Positions 10,533 through 23,715 are shown, counted from the stretch's first letter. The stretch: DNA of 64,000 nt from Lepidodermella squamata (GCA_047495785.1 JBLDXI010000032.1:806001-870000); one strand, 5' to 3'. A program made the numbers and translations. Notes: a model not told the origin generated them from the letters alone.

Positions 10533-13500
10533 ATGCATCCGTCAGGCTTAATAATATTTGCTCTTCTAACGTTATGTTGCGCTGGAAATGTGGCCATGGG
10601 ATTGCGAAGCCGGTCCCATGCAAAAACCAAAGTAGCTGGAATCGAAGCGCTTTTCGAAGCCGTCAAACAAGATAACGTCACAGAAGTAGACGCTATTATC
10701 GAAGACTCCTTCCAGGGCACTCATCTGGCCGAAATTAAAAACGCTTCCGGTTGGAGCCTTCTCCACCAAGCCGCCCTGTACAACAGCACAGAAGTATTCG
10801 AACACTTGCTCCCAGCGGCTAATCGGCCGGAATCTGAAAATGACCTGAGCGATGAAGTAAAAGCAATGATTGAAGCTGTGGATAATCACAATCGTACAGC
10901 TATTTTCTACGCTACTGCAAATATTCAATCGCTTCTTTTTGATTATTTCGCGAACACTTCGCGTACTCTGTCTAACCTTTTCCAACTTCGAGATATCGGT
11001 GTGGATGCGTTCGAAAGACTATCACATTCAGCAGCTGCTGAATGGGATTTTCCGAAATTTCTACGAAACACCCTCTTCAGTGCCTTTGAAAACGCCGATC
11101 ATCGCCAAACACTGGCATGCAGAGCGGCCATTAATGGAACCCTGGGTGCTGTACAAGAAATGTTTAGGCGATCATCGTATCCAATAGATTATATCCGCTG
11201 TTTGTATGGTAACGCAAGCATAGGTTCGCCTCTTCACGCAGCTGCTTTCTATCGACACGGGGCCTATGTCAAGCTGTTGTTAGCCCATGGAGCCGGTGTT
11301 ATGGCTAGAAGCAAGCCGAATTCCGAAACCCCGCTGCATTCGTTGATTGAAGGAAGCTGCAATGATTGGAAGGATTCTGATTTGGATATTGCCGCCATGC
11401 TGTACGACGCCTCATCTGACGTCATAGAAAGCCGCGATTCGCGGGGCTTGACGCCGTTTCTTCGTGCTGTGTCTTTATCTTGCCTAAAAACGCCCCGAGC
11501 ATTGTATACGACATTCTCAGCCAATCACAGGGCTGTGGATAACAATTTCTATGGCCTTTTCCATCTAGCTTCGGAAAAATTGGCTCCAGATCTGATCACT
11601 TTGCCATTTGTGGACGTGAACGCTAAAACGGAGAACACAGGCCTCACAGCTCTTCATGTTGCAGTCTTGCAACAGAAAAGCGTCAAATTTATTAGGCTTT
11701 TGTTGAATCACGGCGCAGAAAGAAATGCAGTTGACAAATCACTCAATTCGGCAGTTCATCACGCTATTATAGAAAATAACACTGAGGCATTCAATTTATT
11801 TCTCAAAGATACTAAATTCGAATTCAGACTTCGGAATGCACAAGGAGAGACGCCGCATCACCTCGCCATTAGGCTCGAGCGACCACACATGGCTGAGCGG
11901 ATTTTCAATTTACTCGGCGAATCGTTGCTTGATGATTCGACGAGTGGCACCAACAACAATTCGTTGAAAGAAGTTTCACCGGCAACAGTTGAAGAAAGTG
12001 GGTTTTCCTACTCCTTCCTCGTTCTAACGAGGTAGTGTACTATCCGCCCTAAACGTTATTCGAGCATGACACTTTTGAGGATTGCTCACAATTAGGCGTC
12101 ACATATAATTCTATTCTTTACGGTCTCAGATAGTGAGCATTCAAGTAACTGCTTTCATTTTACTGTTTCGCTTGATAGAAATGGCCGCGATACGTTCTGC
12201 CATTACTGCTGCTTCAGAAAGTGCGATTTTATCGTAAATTCCTGTAGTCAGCATAACTTAAAGGTTTGTTTGTCGCTTGTTAGAACTGGCTAAGCTCCAA
12301 TCTGCTGTTGATGCAAGAAATAGTAGGCGTAAGTATCTGCACTTCTTGGTGCCAGCTCATTATACCGCTAATAATTTCATCAGTTTCAGCATTGTGCAAA
12401 CAGAAATGCTTGAATGGGGGCACCTGCTGGGCTCGAAATAAATGCAAGTGTGCGAAAGACTGGTCTGGATCCAACTGCGAAAAATGGGTAATATTCTGAG
12501 GAATTAACATTCAAGAGTCAGCTTGAGGAGAAAATTTAAGTTTGAAGTTTGACGGAGTCACACAGAGAACCGATTTTGAATTAACAAAAATTTCGGATTG
12601 CTGTTCGCGCACAAGTCTTCTTTTACCCTCTGATTGCTGGTGAACTGCACAGAACTAAAGGGGGTCCGGAATTGAGCCTCTTATAGTCCGCGTTGTTTTG
12701 CCAACTTTTAAAATGTGGTGCCAGTTTGTTAGACCTAAAGACGAAAACTAATTAAATAGCTAGAATATATAACTGATGAGCTTTATTCTTCTGCCCAGAT
12801 TCCTGCAATTTACGAGCAATTAGCGACTGCATGTCACGCAACTGCTGACTTTTCGCAAGTGGAACGACTCGTGGCGGAGATAGACGCGGCCACTGGTGGC
12901 AACTTTGACCCCAACTGGCGCGATTCTAGGATATATAGCTCTGATGGTTTTTATATAAAATACGGCACACTGCTTCACCGCTTGATGGCGCGGGCTGATC
13001 GGCAACCTGAGCAGCGACTAACAATAGTGAAGCTGCTTTTAGACCGCGGCGCTGACGTGAATGCCGCAGAGCATTTCGAAGGTAGCGTTCCTTTGACAAT
13101 GGCGGCGAGTCATAACAGCAGCAAATTAGTGCGGCTGCTATTGGACCGAAATGCAGACATCGAAGGCAAGGGAAGCCTTGGTAGAACGGCGTTGACATCG
13201 GCGGCCCGCAAAGGTCACGTCGATTTAGTGCAGTTGCTGTTGGACCGCAACGCTGACATCGAGAGCAGTGGAAGCGATAGCAGAACGGCGTTGATAGAGG
13301 CGGCCGGCGAAGGGTACGTTGAATTAGTGCGGCTGCTGTTGGACCGCAATGCTAATATCGAGGCCAAGGAATTATATGGCAAAACGGCATTGATATTTGC
13401 GGCCTACAATGGCAAAGTCGAAGTTGCACGGCTGCTGTTGGACCGTAAGGCTGATATCGAGGCCAAGGCTGATAATGGCAACTCGGCGTTGATAACGGCG

Positions 13501-14073
13501 GCCAGCGAAGGTCGCGACGAAGTTGTGCGGCTGCTGTTGGAGCGCAACGCTGACGTCGAGGCCAGGGGAAGCTATGGTAGAACGGCGTTGATATGGGCGG
13601 CTTACAAAGGGCACGTTGAAATAGTGCGGCTGCTTTTGGACCGCAACGCTAACGTCGACGCCAGGGGAACAAACGATGGCACAACGGCGTTGATATGGGC
13701 GGCCTTCTGGGGCAAAGTCGAAGTCGTGCGGCTGCTGTTGGACCGCAACGCTGAAATCGAGGCCAAGGAAAGCGAGGATGGCAGAACGGCGTTCATAACG
13801 GCGGCCGGCAAAGGGCACGTTGAATCGGTGCGGCTGCTGTTGGAACGCAATGCTGATATCGAGGCCAAGACTAATGATGGCGAAACAGCGTTGATAATGG
13901 CGGCCTACAATGGCAAAGCCGACGTTGTGCGGTTGCTGCTGGATATCGGTGCAAATATACAAGCCACAGGTTACCAAGGAAAAGCAGCGCTCGATTACGC
14001 AATTTCTCAAGGCAGAACTGCCGTGGCCGATTTGCTGCGATCTCGAGGTGCAAGATGTGCGAAGTCTTGTTGA
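10533..14073 (+). CDS. Secreted ankyrin-EGF-ankyrin protein, copy 2. Predicted exons 10533-11997, 12179-12220, 12284-12328, 12390-12487, 12799-14073 (~974 aa). Could instead be two genes.
   Basis: Paralog of 33-3473 with the same internal exon sizes (42, 45, 98 nt) and phases; signal peptide, ankyrin repeats and an identical EGF exon. Confidence 0.7.
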
Positions 14074-14516
14074 AAATCTTGTTGCCCCACATCTGGATGT
14101 TAAAGCTGTTAAGACAATCAGGATGGGTCACTTGCTGCTATCTTTAGAAATCATTTCGTGAAATGAAGGTGTTTTCAATAACGAAAAGTAAGAAATTGAT
14201 AATGAAAGCCATAAACAAATCGTATGCGGACGTTCTATATTTTTTTCCTTCGATCTATTTTTCCAACTACCTATTTTTGCTTTCAAGCAGATCAGTTATT
14301 TCGAAGGACGAATGAAGCGCAATAATCTGGTGACTTTTACTTCAGGCAGCCATGTTTAACGGTGTATGGTGTAAATAAGAGCGATTTGTTTTAATAAAAT
14401 TGTGGCTTTTGGGCGCTGAAAAGTTCATTATGGAGTGAAGTTTCATACCGAAATAGCTTCACATATATGCAATGAGAAAGTAAGACAAAAGTCCGATCAG
14501 GATAAACCGATTGAAC

Positions 14517-14693
14517 CGGAAAATTGGACAGATATCGCAGTTTTTGAAGCGGGCACTTGGCACTTCTACACCAAATTTCGTCTAATTGGATTGAAATTGA
14601 GTTTCAATATAATGGTGAAACTTTGATGCTGCTAAAAATTTGGCTATTTCCAAGTGCCCGCTTCAAAAACTGCGATATCTGTCCAATTTTCCG
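14517..14693. mobile_element. MITE-like element with 44-bp perfect inverted repeats
   Basis: CGGAAAATTGGACAGATATCGCAGTTTTTGAAGCGGGCACTTGG at 14517-14560 and its reverse complement at 14650-14693. Confidence 0.75.
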
Positions 14694-15039
14694 TCGACGC
14701 GTCGACCAGTTAGATGGATCGATTAGCTTTCAAAACGTGTTATGGCGGTTAAAGCTAGAACTCTTTCTGTAATGTTATGCGTTCTGTGACGTTTTCTCCT
14801 ACTAATGTTTACCGAAAACCGTAGATTGGGGTTTTCAGATAGGGACGATCAGAATTTTCAACACGTCTGAAAGCGATGTTATTGGAGTGACACTGCTCAA
14901 CGACGCTAACACCAGTAAAGAGAACGGGAATCAGCCGATGCATATTTTTCAGCCTCCACTAGAATTCTCTGCACTTTTCAATAGAAAAATCATCGGCTTT
15001 TATTCGTAAAAAATCAGTAGGGGGTTCTTCATGTAACCA

Positions 15040-15525
15040 TCAACCATTCTTAGCCGCATCCCGGCCATATACGTTAAGCCACCAGAATTTGGCGTTCTGA
15101 TCTGTCGGCGGCTGCACCCACAGCCACTTTCGGTTATTGTTCTGAGGATCCGTTATCTGCCGCTGCAGCGGCGTCCCATCTTCGAAATACCTCGCCCCGT
15201 ACCGCTGTTCAGTCGGCCGGCCGTCGTCCTTCTTCGGCTCAACTACCCACCACTGGGTGTTGCTAGCCATGCTGCCCGTATCGCGACTCGGCTTGTTGAA
15301 ATCAACAGCCTCAGGCAGGCGGGGTCCCAGCGTTTCGTTGCCAAGGCGACGCTGGCCATTCGGCAGGTATTGCGGCGCCCACCAGAAGTCGTTGCGCTCA
15401 TTCACCGGTCTCTTCATCCACATGTCATCCTCAGCCTGCTTCAACGGCCGTTGCCACATCGGGTTCCAGACGCCGAGGACCACGCTGGGTAGAATTGCAA
15501 TGGTTAGCACCGCCCCTCGCAGCAT
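15040..15525 (-). CDS. Secreted Trp/Pro/Gln-rich orphan protein (161 aa)
   Basis: Signal peptide MLRGAVLTIAILPSVVLG, GC-rich coding-like sequence, repeated WW/WxW motifs and an upstream TTTAACAG acceptor. Confidence 0.7.
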   Translation of the reverse strand: MLRGAVLTIAILPSVVLGVWNPMWQRPLKQAEDDMWMKRPVNERNDFWWAPQYLPNGQRRLGNETLGPRLPEAVDFNKPSRDTGSMASNTQWWVVEPKKDDGRPTEQRYGARYFEDGTPLQRQITDPQNNNRKWLWVQPPTDQNAKFWWLNVYGRDAAKNG

Positions 15526-16078
15526 TATTTTTGGTGAGGAATTTTCGCAAAATAACGCGTTGTTGAGTAGTCTGTTAAAACTTGAGTGCGTTGTCACGTC
15601 TTCGGGCGCAGGAGTAAACACCTATTATGGGTATCTGCTGCAGCAGGGTCAAGTCAACACGTGAGTTTTTTACGAACCGAGTTGTTTGCGCGGTTGCGAA
15701 AAAAACTCCGAAAATATTATTTCGCACTGCTTTGCGGTGATAACAACTTTGAAAACCGCAGGACCTCAGCTCTTCCTTAAAATTGGCAAACAACTCGCTA
15801 TACAGGCTATCGTTTATTTTATTGAATATTCCAATATTCGGCGAGACAAAGCCTCAAGGCTCAAAATAACTATAACAAGGTGTTTTTCATCTTCGTATAG
15901 ATTTCGAAATAACAATTAAGGATTGAAAGAACGGCGATACATTACTACGTAAAGTCACAGGGTTTTCACTGAATTTCTAATTCATCGATTAGGTATGCGT
16001 AAATCAATTGGTGAGTTCTTTCAGTTATTTTTAGGCAGTTTTTTTTCCATCGTTCGAGATGAGGTTATGTTCGATTAT

Positions 16079-19000
16079 TTAATCAGGGCCCAACATTTGC
16101 TCGGGGCGGACGACCTTGTCGAAAGTCGCAGCATCGATGTATTTCAGTTCCACAGCGGCCTCGCGGAGAGTTTGCCCTAAAACAAAACAACAAATATATA
16201 AAAATGAAATTATTTGCAAGCCTAATTTGGGGGCTTATAAAATTCAAATTTTGCGATTTTATATTTGATTGAACCTGGCAGTTGAGCTGACTAACTTAAA
16301 CTTCTATCGCATTCAAGTCCCATCGAAATCACACAACACTGATTACAATATATTTCTATAAGTCGGTCGCCTATTTTCCGAAAAAATTTCGAGGAATTTC
16401 TGAATTCACTTTAATTCAGAAAACTGCCTTTCAAATCGTTTTCAAAGGTTCGCAACAAAGAAAATTATGAGATGTGGTGGTGAGACCACATGCTTTTGAC
16501 CGTGTTAGCGATGCAAATTGAGCGTTGCGATCAAAGAAATCAAATCACGATTGCTCAACCCGTTAAAATTGACCCCTACCCAGGTATCAAAGGCAAACTA
16601 TCTCTCAGATCACTTAGCACCGATAAACTTAAATCTTTCATTTTCTAATTCAGCATATTCGATTCGACTTTCTTCCGTTATGAAGATCTTGATCCTCATA
16701 AGGTCTATGGTTGCGTGGGAGTTCAAGAACTAACTTCCGACTTTTGGCCCAACAAAATCCGATTATGAGTTCAAAGCATAAACATTTCCATTTTGATGGG
16801 TGTAAATTCTGGAGCAAAGCATTTTCGGTGTTGAAAAGTTTAAAACACTAATTTAGAATCCCAGACCCACGACATAAGAAATTGCCTCGGTTTTCAGGAT
16901 TTCTGATTCCTTTTCGCTGTTATTTCTTCGGTTGTTATACGTATGAGACACAATTTAACATCAACTTACCAGTCTTATGCGCGTGTTTGGCGATTTTAGC
17001 CGCCTTATCGTAGCCAATATGCGGATTGAGGGCCGTGACCAACATCAGCGAATTGGCGAGATGCGCAGCGATGCGATCGCGGCGCGGCACAATGCCATCG
17101 ACGCAGTTGGTCGCAAACGACCGTGACGCATCGCCCAACAGCCTGATCGACTGCAGCACGTTGCGAACAATCAGCGGCTTGAACACGTTCAACTCCAAAT
17201 GGCCATTCGCCCCGCCAACGGTGACCGCCACGTTGTTGCCCATCACCTGGGCGCTGACCATCGTCACAGCCTCGCATTGCGTCGGGTTGACCTTACCCGG
17301 CATGATGCTTGAACCGGGTTCGTTCTCTGGCAGGGACAACTCGCCGAAACCGGACCGCGGCCCGGAGCCTAGCAAGCGGATGTCGTTCGCGATTTTGAAC
17401 AGCGAAGTTGCGATAGTGTTGAGGACGCCTGAGAATTCGACCAGGGCGTCGTGCGCTGCCAGGGCTTCGAACTTGTTGGGCGCCGAGACGAATGGCAGGG
17501 TGGTCAGACGGCTGACTTCCGCGGTGACGTTGTCGGAGAAGGCCTTCTTCGAGTTGAGGCCCGTGCCGACGGCGGTGCCACCGGCCGCGAGTTCGTAGAC
17601 GCGTGGCAGGGCGCCCTGAATGCGGGCCAGGGCGTTGTTGAGTTGCTGCACGTAGCCGGAGAATTCTTGGCCCAGCGTCAGCGGAACAGCGTCTTGCATG
17701 TGGGTGCGGCCGACTTTGACGATATCCTAAAAATCAAGACATTTAAAAAGTTTTAAACGCTAAGATCATCGACCAGATAAATAACGCTTGTCCGCTAGTT
17801 CGTTAAATTTAGTCATTTCTCAAGATACATTGTAATTAGATAATATTTAATCGCTTCAACTTTTGACTTTCACATTGTTGCTTATTAATAAATTATTGCT
17901 ATGATGCCTGACACCAACCATGAGAAAAACACAGCAACTTAAAAAAAAACATCGATGACGGAACTAACAAGGTGGAATATATTGTCTGTCAAGGCCATTT
18001 CCATATCGACTGTGTTGGAATATCAAAGGATGTTTTCAAGTTTCTTGGTTTACTACATGTGATAGGATATCGACCACTAACTTAAACTATGTCAGACTGG
18101 AAAGCTATTATTGCTGGCGTTTCAGTGTCGGCTGTTGCTGTGTATGTCTTATGTTCCGAGCTATTCTGAGAACCTTGGTACGGTCGCTTGTCGAATTGAT
18201 CTGGAATGACCCAAATGCAAATGCAATTGCAGTACACTGGTCGTAAGCGTTGTCATTTTGCATTATGCGTACCTCGCAGGGTATGTTTGTAAGAGGCCAG
18301 CTAAGCTTGATAGAATTCCTTGAGTGATTCTTCTACTGGAAGATCTGCTCTATATCTTGATTGTCCCATTATCATTGCTTCATTGGAACGCCATTGGCGT
18401 TGGCTGCATGCAATGCCTGGATCAACTAGACGTTTACACATTCAAAAGACGAAATTTGTCGTTGAAAGGTGCTCAGTAAATGACTTTTGTTTACTGAGGT
18501 ATCAATCAGGGAGTACTTGATGTCACAATTGATAATAGATTGGACAATTTTGAATTCCGGTGTGGAAAAGCTAGTGAGAGCCGACGCGGAGAAGAACGTG
18601 AAGGAAGATATACGTTATACTGCCATCGCAGAGTTCGATTACGAAGTATCGATTTCAAATTCTACTAACGTTGCCATAATAAGAAGTTTCAATTAGAATA
18701 TGCTTTGGCAACCTTGGTTTCGAAATTGATGATAAGAATTTTTTTGAGGAGATTTTTTCTCCTCGATTTAGGAATTGAGCATCACGTTCGCAAGAGACTT
18801 TGAGGTATCCTCCGTTATTTGGATTCAACAACGAAATTTTGAAGTTGAACAAGGATTGCCATAATCTTTGCGACCTTTCGCTGGATTATTTACTCTCGCG
18901 ACGAGGCCCTGTCGTTTTACAACAAAACTACGGAGCGCCTGCTTTGCAAATAGAAGCGAGCTGCTAAAGGCTACATCTTCTACCAATGTGTTCATGACTT

Positions 19001-21158
19001 GCACTGCAGAAATATTTCGTTGCCTTATCCACGCTTATCCAGTTCTACTGCCGCAAAGTGTAAGTCATGGTTTTACCCGATTACACAATAGACGGCAAAT
19101 TCTACACTTGAAATGTCGTTTGCAAAGAAAGGTCTTTAGCCAATTTTACCACCAAGACACTTTTTCGATTTCGCTTCCCATTTTGACTCGATCCTTTTCC
19201 TTTTTCACGCATTTTTCTCGACAAATATTCCGTAGATCTTAATTTCTATTTGAAAACTGAACACATTTGTAGGGAATTTTGCTTGGTTGATTGAAACTAA
19301 AACACGAAATATTTTTCAACAAAATTCTGACGATCGATCATTAAATTCGAAATTTAATCAATATTTGACAGCTATCCACAACTTTTTACAAATATGCTAA
19401 AATTGAATTTATTACCTTGAATTCCTCAGATTTCTTCTTCAAAGAGTCGCGAAGTTGAGTAATAGCCGGGATGAGGGTGTTCTGGGTCTCAATCGCCACC
19501 GCAATGTGCATGGCAGTGGGGAACGAGTCGTTCGACGACTGGCCCATGTTGACGTGATCATTCGGATGCACGCTCTTCGAGCCGAGATTACCGCCCAAAA
19601 TTTGAACAGCCCGATTCGCAATAACCTCATTGACGTTCATGTTCGTCTGCGTGCCAGAGCCCGTCTGCCAGACAACGAGCGGGAAATGCTCGTCCAGCTT
19701 GCCGGCAATGACTTCATCACACGCTTTCACGATGGCATCGGCGATTTTCGGGTCGAGGCCGAATTGCTTGTTGACAGTTGCGGCGGCCTTTTTGTAGAAA
19801 GCGTAGGCGCGGATAACAGGCATCGGCATGCGTTCGCTAGGCCCGCCGATGTTGAAGTTCATCATGGAACGAGCGGTCTGGGCACCGTACAACTTGTCAC
19901 TCGGCACCTTCAGTTCGCCAAAAGTGTCACTCTCAACGCGATAGCCAGCTTCTTCTTTCTAAAAAATCAGAAAAATTCCAATAATTAAAAAAAGGAAGTA
20001 ATACAGCATGTCCTATAATCATAATACAAGGAATGGAAATGCACGGAGAAGGATCAGAAAGCCTAAAATGAGAGGGGAAGTCATATCTGATGGCCAGAAA
20101 AATCATAGAGAAATAAAAAATGTCATGAGAATAGTAATCAAGTGTGTCTCAAGTGTGAATAGGATTAAAAAATCTTACCAAGAACTTTAATCCAACCAGA
20201 TAAAAAATTAAAATTATCGAACCATTTACCATCGGGTTTCTTAAGATACATTTTCCGGTAAATTTTCAATTCATTTGGTAAAATCGTTGATGAATGATGA
20301 AAAATTCATCCAGTGGGCTTAATATAAAAAAAATTAGTTCAATTTTCTGATTTTTTCGAAATTACAAATGTTTGCGCAGCTAATGGGAAAAGTTGTAAAA
20401 GGCTCTAAAATATCGAAAAACGAAAATTTTTGAAGATAACTAGAAAATCAATCGTTAACTCTGGCCATTTATCAACCTCTCCAAAAAACGAAAAACTGCA
20501 ACCGAAATATTACTACGAAAATTCGAATGCTTCTTGACCCGCGATATCAATAGCAATATAATTTTTCATTGTTTTTGTATAAATTCATGAACAGGCAAGG
20601 CATATTTCTCAGTCTTCACAACTAAATTAACTCATCCAACTTAATTAAATTATATTGGACTAGATTTAAATTTAAACTGCGAAAAAAACTGCTGCGGGTT
20701 GAAAAACCATTCAATTTTTGCACCTCAAGCTTTTCTCTATCCATTCATCTTCAAATAAAATCAATTTAGCGTTTCACTTTTCTTTCGATAGTCATCTCCC
20801 GTCAAAGGGGTATTAAACACCCAGCGTAAATAATTGATTTTGTCCAAAATTACTTTTCCGAGGTTTTACAGCGAATCTTTTTCCCGAATTATTGATTTTC
20901 CCGTGACAACTAACTTTTCATCGCAATGACTTGAAATGACTTGACATTTCCTCCGTTATCAAGGTCACAATCTCTCTGTAGTTCCTTTTCTGGCATTTCG
21001 TAATTTAGCTCGATCGAAATTAATAAGTGGCTATCGCTTACCTTGGGCGATTCCATGAGTCTGGTTGAGTGAATAGCTCGAGATGCGTTGACGAGGAGAG
21101 GAGCAGCAGATCGCGATAGGGCTGCGAGACGGCGCGACGAAATCAAAACGACATTCAT
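16079..21158 (-). CDS. FH: Fumarate hydratase class II, mitochondrial. Exons 21158-21042, 19958-19416, 17726-16970, 16176-16079.
   Basis: [15 protein letters not shown] signature, [17 protein letters not shown] and [14 protein letters not shown] motifs; Arg/Ser/Leu-rich presequence exon. Confidence 0.97.
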
Positions 21159-21779
21159 TATTATATGATGACTAGGCAAATAAATAACGCAAGGCCCTAT
21201 ACAAAAAAGGGCAAACATACGATTTTAACAGCTGCAAGGGGGACACCAGGAGACAAGTCTACAAAATTACATGCCTTCTTTATTTTTACCACAAATAGGT
21301 ACGTTCTTTTCAACTGACCGGGCCAGATATAATGTCGAGTTTAGTGGTGATGCACAACAGCCACGTCAAATCCGTGTCAAATTGGCGGAGTAATAACAAT
21401 AGTAATAATACAGCTCAACTACAATACAAACATTTATAGGCATGTTAATTTTCATTTTTCAAGGCAGTTAATTTGTCAGTCAATAAATACGGCTATCAAT
21501 GTTACGCTTTTTGTATAGATTTATAACGCATGTTTTAACGTCACAACGCGAAGAAAAAACGACAATAAAATTCAACCAAAATCACCAAAAAAACGTAAAT
21601 ACTGCTTATTAATTAAGCCGGAATAGCTACATGACTAAATGAAGATTACAACGTGATCAGTCAGTCTCAAAGTTGGAATTATCATCGGTATCAGTATTTG
21701 TTTGCACTTAAAAGCAGCAGTGAGAGTGGTTACACAATATATTATCAAGCTTATTTCGCCTCGAAGATTTTTTTTAGAG

Positions 21780-22773
21780 TTAGATCGAGAACAACTCACG
21801 CAACTGGCGAACCGTGTCCTCGGGCGACAAAACGGTATGCCCGATCACGCGCGGGTCAACAAAAATTTCGTGGTCATTACCGCCCGGCATCGTCCGATCG
21901 CCGAAGAAGTGAACCGTTTTCGGGCCGTCTCGGTTGACATGGCGCAAACAGTACGATTTATCCCAGCCCTCCGGAAAGACATCAAAACTAATCTGTCCAC
22001 CTTAAATAAAAAATTCAGGCCATTAGATGTTCAACCAAGCAAAATATTTTTCATGTATGTTCAAAACAATTACCAATAGCGAATTTAAGACCGAGATCAG
22101 GGAATTCTTTGCGCAAGGCATCACAGAATTTCGCACGAATTTTGTGAACTTTGTCGTATTCATCGAAAGCATCACGTTCCGCTTGAGTGCAACTCCGGCC
22201 GCATGGGCAAACATTGATCATACCAGTCCGGAATTCAATAAAAGTACCTCTAAAATTCCGAGAAATAGTAATTACTCAAGGAATAGAATTTTGTTAACAA
22301 ACCGCTTGAAAGGTAGCACCAGTTCAGACATGTAACGGAGACAATAATTGATGAATTTTTGGATTCTCTCCTCGCCTAGGAACGATTGAATATTTTCATG
22401 CGGCAGACGCTCGCCCTTGTGATACGCAACGAGGCCATTCTCGTTGAAAACGTAGTCGAACCGCTTAATAACTATAAAATATTGTTGGAAATTTCGAGAT
22501 TTGTCATGGTAAAATTACTGGTGAGTTCTCCGTTTTTGGATTCGCCGCCCATCTGCTCTTCGATTTTGTGAATATCTGAGCCACTAACGAGGCCGATTGC
22601 GACTTTCTGGCGCAATTTTTCCAGCGCTTCTTCGACTTCTTTCGTAACTTTCTGAAGTCAACTTCATTATTACCATGGAACATATTTTTCAATTGGCTGC
22701 TTACCCCTCTCGGTTTGGTTAAAGTTCCGTCCACATCGAACAAAACAACAGTGTTTTCATCGCGTTGAGCCAT
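21780..22773 (-). CDS. PMM2: Phosphomannomutase (eukaryotic HAD family), multi-exon
   Basis: LFDVDGTLT motif [19 protein letters not shown] and [16 protein letters not shown]. Confidence 0.93.
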
Positions 22774-22965
22774 TGAAATCACAACAAAGTGGAAGCAAAA
22801 TTTAAAACCTATCAAATTGAAGAGTTAACAAATTAATTTAATCTTAAAAATACTACCCAGATCGCAATATCACCAGGCTTAACAAAATAATTTCAATGCA
22901 TGAAAAGGTTTTTCGTTAATAAAAAGCTTAAAAAACGGGAAATTGAGTCATGTTTTTCTCTGAAA

Positions 22966-23268
22966 TTACGAATCATCAGCTCCACATTTCACCTTATTGC
23001 CGCTTTCATCTTTAAATACAGCATTGCAGCCACCGCAGTAGTCAGCTGTGCAAACAGCATTTGGGTAATCCTGATACAAAATAAGACAACATGGACGTTT
23101 TAAATGGTTGAAATTACTTACCGGGCAATCAGTAACATCACACGGATTAACCAGGCAATTCACGACAGGTTGGCCGTCCGGGCAAAATCCGCCCTCGTTT
23201 TTGCGGCTACTCACAACCGAAAATATCAGCAGGCCAATAAAGGCAATTTTCATTAAAATATGTTTCAT
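22966..23268 (-). CDS. Small secreted cysteine-rich protein with one 51-nt in-frame intron (~23072-23122)
   Basis: Signal peptide followed by one 8-Cys module, CPDGQPVVNCLVNPCDVTDCP-DYPNAVCTADYCGGCNAVFKDESGNKVKC; GTAAGT..TATCAG intron. Confidence 0.8.
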   Translation of the reverse strand: MKHILMKIAFIGLLIFSVVSSRKNEGGFCPDGQPVVNCLVNPCDVTDCPVSNFNHLKRPCCLILYQDYPNAVCTADYCGGCNAVFKDESGNKVKCGADDS

Positions 23269-23715
23269 TCTTGTTGAAAAACTCTAAAAGAAAACAGGAA
23301 AGTAAAATATAGCATGTGAGAGAAAAAACTACAAGCAAGAATTAAGCTATACAACGTAGTCAGGTAAGAGTAAGGCTTGACTACAAAACACACCTATTAA
23401 AGCGAGCTTACATTCAATTTAGAGGGTATAATAAATAAGCCGCGAGCAATTCATGCTTCAAGTCAAGTAAAAACCATGTCAATTTATCCGTCATTCTGGT
23501 TTAATAATCAAAGCAAATTTGTCGAATTATTATTATTATTAATAATATTGCGTCTCTTCTTTTCAATCATTCTCGCGAGTTTGATATTATAGTTCATAGC
23601 CGGCGTCGGACCGGCAAGTGCAGATAGAATACGTAAAACACCGATTTCATCAAATAATCACGATTCAAGCAGGCGTAAATAAATAGTAGGGATTTGAGCA
23701 CGAATTTGATTTTTC

